Shown in pieces: positions 6,867 through 12,491 of a DNA stretch of 12,491 nt (position 1 is its first letter; each line of letters starts with the position of its first letter). The DNA comes from Planctomycetota bacterium (GTDB lineage: Bacteria; Planctomycetota; Planctomycetia; Isosphaerales; Isosphaeraceae): the NCBI GenBank assembly GCA_021777845.1, contig JAJYDB010000140.1, positions 1-12,491 on the forward strand, written 5' to 3'. A model generated the notes under the pieces. The model saw only the letters and a list, made by a program, of their open reading frames with translations, was not told where the DNA came from and searched no databases. Position numbers and translations under genes: made by a program.

Positions 6867-7385
6867 ATGAGCGTCGTCACTTCCTCGAAATCCGGGATTC
6901 GCGCGCACGTCCGCTGGATGATCCGCCGCGATATGCCCGAAGTCCTCGCCATCGAACACGCCGGCCGCGACTTCCCCTGGTGCGAGGAGGATTTTCTCCG
7001 CGTGCTGCGCCAGCGCAACTGCATCGGGATGGTCGCCGAATACGGCGAGCGGCTCGTCGGCTTCATGATCTACGAATTGCACCGTAATAAGCTGCAACTG
7101 CTCAACCTCGCGACGCACCAGGAATTTCGACGTCAGGGGGTCGGCGCCCAAATGGTCGCTAAGCTCGTCGGCAAACTTTCCGCACAGCGACGCACTCATA
7201 TTCTGCTGCACGTTCGCGAGACCAACCTCGACGCGCAACTGTTCCTTCGTTCGCAAGGCTTTCGCGCCCGCGAAGTTGTCCGCGAGCATTATCCAGACTC
7301 CGGCGAGGACGGCTTCGTGATGCAATATCTTTTCGAGGAGTCGCTCGTCGAGAACGAGCGCCCCGTCGACCAGATCGCGCATTGA
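6867..7385 (+). CDS. rimI: GNAT family N-acetyltransferase, RimI-like (ribosomal-protein-alanine N-acetyltransferase family)
   Basis: AAGGAGG at 6856-6862 precedes ATG 6867. RimI-like motifs: 'IRRDMPEVLAIEHAGRDFPW', acetyl-CoA-binding 'RRQGVGAQMVAKLV', and 'VVREHYPDSGEDGFVMQY'. Stop TGA at 7383-7385. Confidence 0.7.
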   Translation: MSVVTSSKSGIRAHVRWMIRRDMPEVLAIEHAGRDFPWCEEDFLRVLRQRNCIGMVAEYGERLVGFMIYELHRNKLQLLNLATHQEFRRQGVGAQMVAKLVGKLSAQRRTHILLHVRETNLDAQLFLRSQGFRAREVVREHYPDSGEDGFVMQYLFEESLVENERPVDQIAH

Positions 7386-7417
7386 TCGCACCGCGGACGC
7401 TGCTGGGACGGTCGAGG

Positions 7418-7440
7418 CGCGCGTTTGATTTTTTCGCGCG
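7418..7440. terminator. CGCGCG stems flanking a T-rich loop (tttgatttttt) between convergent genes; possible bidirectional terminator-like element
   Basis: 7418-7423 cgcgcg and 7435-7440 cgcgcg are self-complementary. The 11-nt loop is T-rich. It sits between the rimI-like stop (7385) and the LarA-like stop (7458). Confidence 0.3.
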
Positions 7441-7457
7441 TCGCGGTCGCGACCAAC

Positions 7458-8777
7458 TCAGTCGCGCGTCGCGGCGCGTTCGCGACGTCGCCCGCGTGTA
7501 CTATCGGGAAAGAGCCGTTCCTGATTCAGCGCGCCGTCCGCGAGAAACGGGATCGGCTCGCTTTCGGCCGCGAGTTCGACGTCGGGCCGCGTGCGCAGCT
7601 CGTCGACGAGCGAGCTCGAAACCCAAACCGTTTCGAGCTCGAGCGTGTTCGGGATGATCGCGAGCCGCGCGTCGTCGCGACGCAAACGCCAACAGGTGTC
7701 GAGGCACGCCGCGAAGACGTCGACGTCGGTCGCCAGCGCGATCGGCACGCGGGCCCTCGTGAGAAAGTTGCTCGTGAAGCTGTTCACCCGCATCGGGACG
7801 GGGTCGACCGCGCGTGCGACGCGCTCGGTCGTGAGATCCGCGAGCCCCACCCCAAGCGCGTTCCCGCGGGTTTCGACGCTCAGGTCGAGCACCGCCAGTC
7901 GGGTCACGACCGGTCGCGGCAGGTCGGGCATCGTCTCGACGCGCTGCCTGCCGATCACGTTCGGGTCGAGGCCCGTCCCGCTGTAATTCTTGCCCAGCTC
8001 GCCGACGACCAGCACGTCAAGCTGATCGAACGGAAGCTGCGGCATCAAGCCGCGCGCCTCGTCAAGCAAAAGCGGCTCGCGCTCGAGGATATGCTCGGGC
8101 GCGACGGCTTCCACGCGCGCCAGCCGTTCGCGGGCGTTCTCAAGCAGAGCCAAGCCGAGCACCACCTTCGTCCGCGCGAGCAAAAACGCGCCGACCTCGG
8201 GCAAGAGCCGCCGCAGACCCGGCAGCCCCAGCTTGTGAACCTGCGCCGCGCCTTCGCGCTTGCCGAGGCCGATCGCGAGCATTTTCAACAGCCCGCTTTC
8301 ATAGCGACCCGTAAACGAAGTGTGCGGCTTAATGCGATTCATGAGCACGATGCCGTCGGCTTCATACGCGTTGCGGTCAAAATGGATCGGCAACCCGAAG
8401 GCGTTCGCGCCCAAAACGACGGTGTCGACTTCAGAGCGCACCGGGCAGCCCATCGACGCCTCGTTGACGCCGAACTCGGCGAGCAAGCCGCGCTGGCCCT
8501 CGGCCGTGCCGCCGCCGTGACTCCCCATCGCCGCGACGATAAACGGTCGAAAGCCCATCGACCGGAGCGTGTCCACCGCCGCGCGCGCCAGGACGTCGAT
8601 CGCGCGTATGCCGCGGCTCCCGACCGTCACCGCAACCGTGCCGCCGACCGGAACGCGGTCGCGAATGTCGCTCGCGAGGATCGCGTCGCGCACCGCCGCG
8701 GCGGCGTCGGCCGCTTCGGGTTGGTCGTGAAAACGCCTGCGCAGCCGCGTGATCGCCGGAAAATCAAAGGTGTGCAT
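7458..8777 (-). CDS. LarA-like (lactate racemase N-terminal domain / DUF2088) family protein
   Basis: 439 aa. The N-terminus 'MHTFDFPAITRLRRRF' is LarA-like. 'FIVAAMGSHGGG' parallels the LarA 'ILVATGFHRP' segment, and 'HTSFTGRYESGLLK' parallels LarA 'HFFAGFSGGRK'. The opposite-strand ORF 7425..9113 is Arg-rich antisense and rejected. Confidence 0.55.
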   Translation of the reverse strand: MHTFDFPAITRLRRRFHDQPEAADAAAAVRDAILASDIRDRVPVGGTVAVTVGSRGIRAIDVLARAAVDTLRSMGFRPFIVAAMGSHGGGTAEGQRGLLAEFGVNEASMGCPVRSEVDTVVLGANAFGLPIHFDRNAYEADGIVLMNRIKPHTSFTGRYESGLLKMLAIGLGKREGAAQVHKLGLPGLRRLLPEVGAFLLARTKVVLGLALLENARERLARVEAVAPEHILEREPLLLDEARGLMPQLPFDQLDVLVVGELGKNYSGTGLDPNVIGRQRVETMPDLPRPVVTRLAVLDLSVETRGNALGVGLADLTTERVARAVDPVPMRVNSFTSNFLTRARVPIALATDVDVFAACLDTCWRLRRDDARLAIIPNTLELETVWVSSSLVDELRTRPDVELAAESEPIPFLADGALNQERLFPDSTRGRRRERAATRD

Positions 8778-8899
8778 CGAGCAACCGGGTTCGAGGAAGT
8801 TCGTCGAGGCCGAGCACCGCTCGGACTTGCGTCGCGATCGTACGCGATGCGGCCGCGATCGTCAAAACGCGCGGCCCGAGCGCGACCGCGCGGGCGTCG

Positions 8900-8939
8900 C
8901 CGCAAACGACAAGAGGCCCCGCCGTGGGCGCGGAGCCTC
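8900..8939 (-). terminator. Candidate intrinsic terminator of the PEP-CTERM gene: 10-bp GC-rich stem (GAGGCUCCGC/GCGGGGCCUC, one G-U) followed by UUGUCGUUUG
   Basis: Minus-strand reading of 8939-8913 gives GAGGCTCCGC-GCCCACG-GCGGGGCCTC, then 8912-8900 TTGTCGTTTGCGG. It lies 35-75 nt downstream of the stop at 8974-8976. Confidence 0.45.
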
Positions 8940-8973
8940 GTTGTCTCGAACAAGTGTTACGTCGCCTCGCGAC

Positions 8974-9768
8974 TCACGCCGCCGAGGTCCGACGACGGAC
9001 GCGACGGATCACGAAGAGCGCCCCGACAACGCCCGTCCAAGCCAGCACCGAGGCGGGCTCAGGCGCGGCGATCGGCGAGATCGTCCCGCCCTGAGCCGAG
9101 TAGACCGGCGTGAACGGCACCGAGGTCGGCACCGTGCTCGCGATGTTCACGAATTGTTCGGTAAACGGCTGCTTCGCGATGATCACGAAGGTCGCGCTGT
9201 CGGAGCCCGCTCCCAGCGACGGCGACGACGACGCGGGGTCGTAGAACTGCGCGCGAATGCCGCCGATCGTCGTGCCGGGGTTCCACGTCAACGACGCGGG
9301 CACGACCGCCGTGCCGCCCGCCGGAGTCGTGATCCCGCCGACCTGACCGTCGGTGACGACATACGCATAGGCCGGCGTCGATCCGCCCAAGAACGTCGTC
9401 CCCGAGGGCGTGGCGTTGAATTGGAAGCCGAGGCCGTCGACGTGCACCGGCTCGCCGACCGTCGTCTTCACGTTGCTCACGTCGACCTGATACGCGTAAG
9501 CATAGTAGCCGGCCGCGGCGCCGGAGCCTTGAAACACCTGCGACTGGATCACGCCCGAAGTCGGCGCGTCCTGAAAGGTAAACGGCGACGACATCACCGG
9601 CGCATTCGAAACAGGCTGGAAGAGGCTGTTGAACGTCGCCGCGGACATGTTCGGCGTGGCCAGCGACTGAGAAATGGGGATCGCATCGGCTTGAACCCGC
9701 GACGTCGTCGCGATTCCGCACAGGACGACCCCAAACAGCACTCGTGCGATGGGCTTATTCATTCTCAT
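8974..9768 (-). CDS. PEP-CTERM sorting-domain protein (putative exosortase substrate), secreted, Gly/Thr/Ser/Ala-rich
   Basis: Start chosen at ATG 9768 (MRMNKPIARVLFGVVLCGIATTSRVQA|DAIP; alternative ATG at 9762), which gives an N-terminal Sec signal peptide. The C-terminus '...APEPASVLAWTGVVGALFVIRRVRRRTSAA' is a PEP motif, a TM helix and an Arg cluster, i.e. a canonical PEP-CTERM. The 72 upstream codons of ORF 8974..9984 are rejected because the signal peptide must be N-terminal. Confidence 0.7.
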   Translation of the reverse strand: MRMNKPIARVLFGVVLCGIATTSRVQADAIPISQSLATPNMSAATFNSLFQPVSNAPVMSSPFTFQDAPTSGVIQSQVFQGSGAAAGYYAYAYQVDVSNVKTTVGEPVHVDGLGFQFNATPSGTTFLGGSTPAYAYVVTDGQVGGITTPAGGTAVVPASLTWNPGTTIGGIRAQFYDPASSSPSLGAGSDSATFVIIAKQPFTEQFVNIASTVPTSVPFTPVYSAQGGTISPIAAPEPASVLAWTGVVGALFVIRRVRRRTSAA

Positions 9769-9880
9769 TGATCTTCCAAGGTTGATCGGGAATGGTCCGA
9801 ATCGTCGATCAGACCGAAGTCCTGAGCGAGTCAATCCTTTGCTCGCCGGCCGGAGTCCAACTCCGGGAAAGACCGGCACG

Positions 9881-9910
9881 CGACGCCGCGTCGGCACTCT
9901 TTTCGCCTTT
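9881..9910 (+). terminator. Small GC hairpin (cgacg-ccg-cgtcg) followed by CACTCTTTTCGCCTTT; plus-strand-oriented terminator-like element where no plus-strand gene is annotated
   Basis: 9881-9885 pairs with 9889-9893. T-rich tract at 9897-9910. It is preceded by a perfect 7-bp-stem hairpin, ccggagt-cca-actccgg, at 9850-9866. Confidence 0.25.
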
Positions 9911-10126
9911 GCGGCGCCGCAAATCCGCAGCCTCAAGCCTGCGACGCTCCCCAAACGCGCGACGACCAGTCGCGGCCGACTCAAACTCCCAAGGAGCCCG
10001 AGCCGACGGGACGATCCCGACCGGCGCCGAGACGTTGGCGGACGTCTCTTGCAGCGCGGTCGCAGGCCAAAAGCACCTCGCCGCCCGCACTTCGAAAAGA
10101 CACGGCCTACGAGGCGGCGGGAAAAT

Positions 10127-10161
10127 AACAGGGTCGATTCTCGCGGTCAACCCTGTTTTTT
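10127..10161. terminator. 8-bp stem hairpin (aacagggt / accctgtt) enclosing the DedA stop codon, followed on the + strand by T6 and preceded by an A-run; bidirectional terminator-like element
   Basis: 10127-10134 is the reverse complement of 10150-10157. The DedA stop (tca, 10147-10149) lies in the loop. Six T's at 10156-10161 on the + strand; on the minus strand the stem is followed by AUUUUCC. Confidence 0.35.
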
Positions 10162-10977
10162 ACTCAAGTCCCCCGCCGCGCCGACCGAAGGACCCGCCGC
10201 GCCGACCGAAGGACCCGCCGCGCCGTCGACCCTCCCGTCCGTCGGCTCGACCGCCGCCGCGTCCAACTGCTCGAACCCTTCCACCCCGTTGAACATCAAC
10301 GGCGGACCGACAGGTCGACCCCGACGCCGACGCGCCTGAACATAACGATACAAAAGCCAGATGCTCAAACCCGCCGCCACAACCGCCAGCAACCAATGCT
10401 TCAGACGGTCGAAGCTCGCCTCGATCTGATGCGCGAACACGTATCCAAGCGCGAACATCAACGTCGTGCTCAGCGTCGCCGCCAGCAGGTCGGTGAAAAA
10501 CAACTTCAGCGGCGGCAGCTTCAAGATCCCCGCCGTCAAGTACGCCGCAGTCCGAAACCCAACCGCGAAGCGACCCAAAATCAGGATTTTGAATCCGTGC
10601 CGATGGAAGTAACCCTTGATTTGCTCTTCGCGCTCGCGGGTCAGAAAGGTGCGCGTCAAGCGCAGCTTGAGGACGCGCTCGCCGTAGTGGAATCCAAGAA
10701 AGTAGACGACGAAATCGCCCGCGAGCACGCCCGCGAAGCACGACGCGAAGGCGAACGGCCACCACATTCGGCCGCTCCTCGAGAGCACCGCCGCCAGCAC
10801 GATCGGCGCTTCCTCGGGCACCGGCAGCCCCAATCCGCCCAAGATCAACAGCAGCGCGATCCCGACGTAACCTAGTTGCTGGACAAACTGTTCGGTCAAT
10901 CTCGAAGCACTCCGCGTACGCCGCGCCCGAGCCCAAGCACGCGTGACAGAATACGCCGCGCAGGCCGCGTACGCCAT
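10147..10977 (-). CDS. DedA/VTT-domain family membrane protein with a repeat-containing C-terminal extension
   Basis: DedA signatures 'LGYVGIALLLILGGLGLPVPEE', 'FLGFHYGERVL' and 'HRHGFKILILGRFAVGFRTAAYL'. ATG at 10977 directly follows an in-frame TGA. An alternative TTG start at 10899 (preceded by GGAG) would give the more typical DedA N-terminus. The C-terminal ~60 aa are non-membrane, Gly/Ala/Pro-rich. Confidence 0.75.
   Translation of the reverse strand: MAYAACAAYSVTRAWARARRTRSASRLTEQFVQQLGYVGIALLLILGGLGLPVPEEAPIVLAAVLSRSGRMWWPFAFASCFAGVLAGDFVVYFLGFHYGERVLKLRLTRTFLTREREEQIKGYFHRHGFKILILGRFAVGFRTAAYLTAGILKLPPLKLFFTDLLAATLSTTLMFALGYVFAHQIEASFDRLKHWLLAVVAAGLSIWLLYRYVQARRRRGRPVGPPLMFNGVEGFEQLDAAAVEPTDGRVDGAAGPSVGAAGPSVGAAGDLSKKQG
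10172..10225 (-). repeat. 21-bp tandem repeat cccgccgcgccgaccgaagga x2.6 inside the DedA 3' end (encodes GPSVGAA repeats)
   Basis: Units at 10172-10192 and 10193-10213, partial unit at 10214-10225. It translates on the minus strand to ...GAAGPSVGAAGPSVGAAG... Confidence 0.6.
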
Positions 10978-11053
10978 GCGTCAGGCGTTCGATTCCCGCG
11001 TTCGACCCCGTCGCGCCGCCGTGCGCCTTTGACTCCACTCCACTGATTGTCGA

Positions 11054-12244
11054 TCATGAGAGTAGAGTTAAGGCGTGTTCGAGTTCCGCGCGCAAATCCT
11101 CGAAGGCTTCGAGTCCCACCGAGAGCCGCACCAGTCCGGGGTGGATGCCTTGCCGCGACCACTGCTCGGCGGACTGACCGCGGTGGCTCGTCGTCGACGG
11201 GTGCGAGAGCGTCGTCGCGACGTCGCCGAGGCTGGGCGCGAAGACGATGCCGCTCAGACCGCGGATGAAGGCGTCAACCTCCGCGCGGCCGCCGAGGTCA
11301 ATCGTCACGATCGTCCCAAAGCCCCCCTGGAGCAGACGCGTCGCGAGCGCGTGGTCGGGGTGCGACGCCAGCCCCGGATAGTGCGTCGCGGCCACCTTCG
11401 GGTGCGCCGCCAACAGTTCGGCGAGCCGCATCGCGGTCGCGCACGCGCGTCCAGACCGCAACGGCAGTGTCGCCAGCCCGCGCGACGTCAGCCAGCAGTC
11501 GAACGCCGCGCCGGTCTGCCCGAACGTCGACGCCGTCGCACCGACCCGCGCGACCAATTCCCGCGCGCCCGCGACCGCGCCCAACGTCACGTCGCTGTGA
11601 CCGCCGATCAACTTCGTCAGCGAATGCACAACCGCCGACGCGCCCCACTCGAGCGGACGGCAGAGCAGGGGCGCGAACGTGTTGTCGACGACCACCATCG
11701 CCCCCGCCGACCGCGCAACCTCCGACAAACCCGCCAGGTTCGCCAAACGCAACAGCGGGTTCGAAATCGTCTCGACGAACACCAGCTTCGTGTTCGGACG
11801 CAGCACCTCGCGCAAAGTTTCGGGCTGCGTCGGATCGAACCACGAATGCTCGACGCCGAACCTCGAAAACTCTCGCGCCGCAAGCGCCGCCGTCTTGCCG
11901 TACAACCCGTCCGAGAGCGCGACGTGATCCCCTTGGCCCAGCGACGACAGCATCAAGGCCGCCTCCGCCGCCATCCCCGACGAGCAAATCAATGCCGCTT
12001 CCGCCGCTTCGAGCGCCGCGATTTTTGTCGCCAGCCGCGCCCCCGCGGGATGCCCGTCGCGCGCGTAAATAAAGCCCGGCTCGCGACTTTCGTACAGCGC
12101 GTCAATATGATCGAGGTCCGCGACCCGAAAAACCGCGCTCAACTCAATCGGCCCCGCCAACGGAATCGTAGTCGACGGCGCAGGTTCGTCGGGCCGCGCG
12201 CACAGCGTCGCGAGATCAAGTTCACGAGGTGGCCGAGGTTGCAT
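11054..12244 (-). CDS. Cys/Met metabolism PLP-dependent enzyme (cystathionine gamma-synthase / beta-lyase / O-acylhomoserine sulfhydrylase family, PF01053)
   Basis: 'ICSSGMAAEAALM', 'VVVDNTFAPLLCRPLEWGASAVVHSLTKLIGGHSDVTLG' (PLP-lysine in S-x-T-K), 'TLSHPSTTSHR' and 'GLVRLSVGLE' are hallmark motifs. ATG at 12244, TGA at 11054-11056. The sub-family (MetB, MetC or MetZ) cannot be resolved by eye. Confidence 0.8.
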   Translation of the reverse strand: MQPRPPRELDLATLCARPDEPAPSTTIPLAGPIELSAVFRVADLDHIDALYESREPGFIYARDGHPAGARLATKIAALEAAEAALICSSGMAAEAALMLSSLGQGDHVALSDGLYGKTAALAAREFSRFGVEHSWFDPTQPETLREVLRPNTKLVFVETISNPLLRLANLAGLSEVARSAGAMVVVDNTFAPLLCRPLEWGASAVVHSLTKLIGGHSDVTLGAVAGARELVARVGATASTFGQTGAAFDCWLTSRGLATLPLRSGRACATAMRLAELLAAHPKVAATHYPGLASHPDHALATRLLQGGFGTIVTIDLGGRAEVDAFIRGLSGIVFAPSLGDVATTLSHPSTTSHRGQSAEQWSRQGIHPGLVRLSVGLEAFEDLRAELEHALTLLS

Positions 12245-12253
12245 CGAAGTCCG

Positions 12254-12272
12254 CGCTCAAAAATAATGTGCC
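12254..12272 (-). promoter_or_regulatory. Isolated AT-rich patch (minus strand CACATTATTTTTGAGC) 10-28 nt upstream of the metB-like start; possible -10 region
   Basis: Unusual AT-rich island in otherwise GC-rich DNA, positioned just upstream of ATG 12244. Confidence 0.2.
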
Positions 12273-12386
12273 GATTCCGCGCCGCGCCCGCGCGCCGACG
12301 ACGAAACCTTGGAAGTCGAGCGTCTCGCGCGATCGGCGCGCCGCTTTAGGACGCCGACCTCGCGACGGGCGGTCGCGAGCCGATCA

Positions 12387-12491
12387 CGAGTGACCGTTCC
12401 CCCCGCCCTTCTTATAGTATCGGGCGGCCTGACCCAGCATGGCGATCAACTCGCCGATTTGGTAGAGCGCCTTCCGGTGGTTCCCCACCTG
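12387..12491 (-). CDS. 3' end (last 35 codons) of an unidentified minus-strand gene continuing beyond the window
   Basis: Minus-strand frame is open from the window edge: ...QVGNHRKALYQIGELIAMLGQAARYYKKGGGNGHS, with TGA at 12384-12386. Not in the ORF track because it is short. A GC hairpin cgcgac-gggcg-gtcgcg (12361-12377) follows the stop. The product is not recognisable. Confidence 0.35.

Noticed and set aside
5894-7066. 390-aa minus-strand ORF spanning the DUF1571 gene and the gap to rimI
   Set aside because: Arg/Pro-rich and antisense to a secreted-protein gene with a signal peptide. It has no start-site support.
7425-9113. 562-aa plus-strand ORF overlapping the LarA-like gene and PEP-CTERM 3' region
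   Set aside because: It is an Arg-rich antisense frame with no domain signatures. The opposite strand encodes proteins with recognisable family features.
8974-9984. Long N-terminal extension of the PEP-CTERM ORF back to ATG 9984
   Set aside because: It would bury the signal peptide 72 residues inside the protein. The extension is basic low-complexity, so ATG 9768 or 9762 is the functional start.
11075-12349. 424-aa plus-strand ORF antisense to the Cys/Met PLP enzyme
   Set aside because: Extremely Arg-rich (RRRRR runs). The opposite strand has hallmark PLP-enzyme motifs.
12245-12386. 139-nt leader upstream of the methionine-pathway PLP enzyme as a possible SAM riboswitch
   Set aside because: I cannot find SAM-I or SAM-II consensus elements by eye. 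Only an Rfam/Infernal scan could decide, so it is not claimed.
1-12491. CRISPR arrays, IS elements/transposase or integrase genes, rRNA/tRNA genes
   Set aside because: No regularly spaced direct repeats, no terminal inverted repeats flanking a transposase-like ORF, and no RNA gene signatures were found on either strand.

Overview
G+C-rich (roughly two-thirds G+C) bacterial chromosomal window, densely coding. I can support 11 protein-coding genes. A PEP-CTERM protein, a DUF1571-like secreted protein and weak Shine-Dalgarno signals make a Planctomycetota-like origin plausible, but that is an inference.

Left to right:
- + strand: two paralogous ABC-2-type transporter permeases. The first is cut by the window edge.
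- - strand: a small MBL-fold metallo-hydrolase gene (4495-5169, GloB-like), followed only 9 bp downstream by a 1069-aa ORF (1276-4485). That ORF is a His-rich P1B-type heavy-metal ATPase (TGES, CPC, DKTGT, GDGINDAP motifs) fused in frame to an extra transmembrane helix plus an HflK/HflC-like SPFH (band-7) domain. I consider this ATPase-SPFH fusion the most unusual item here.
- + strand: a secreted DUF1571-like protein (5564-6505) and a RimI-like GNAT acetyltransferase (6867-7385).
- - strand, co-directional run from 12491 down to 7458: a 3' gene fragment of unknown function, a Cys/Met-metabolism PLP enzyme (MetB/MetC/MetZ family), a DedA/VTT membrane protein with a repeat-encoded tail, a PEP-CTERM sorting-signal protein, and a LarA-like (DUF2088) protein.

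No rRNA, tRNA, CRISPR array or recognisable mobile element is present. Several long ORFs in the track are antisense artefacts of the high G+C. The non-coding gaps contain several hairpins and palindromes (terminator candidates and a nested palindrome upstream of the MBL/ATPase operon) that I list with low confidence.
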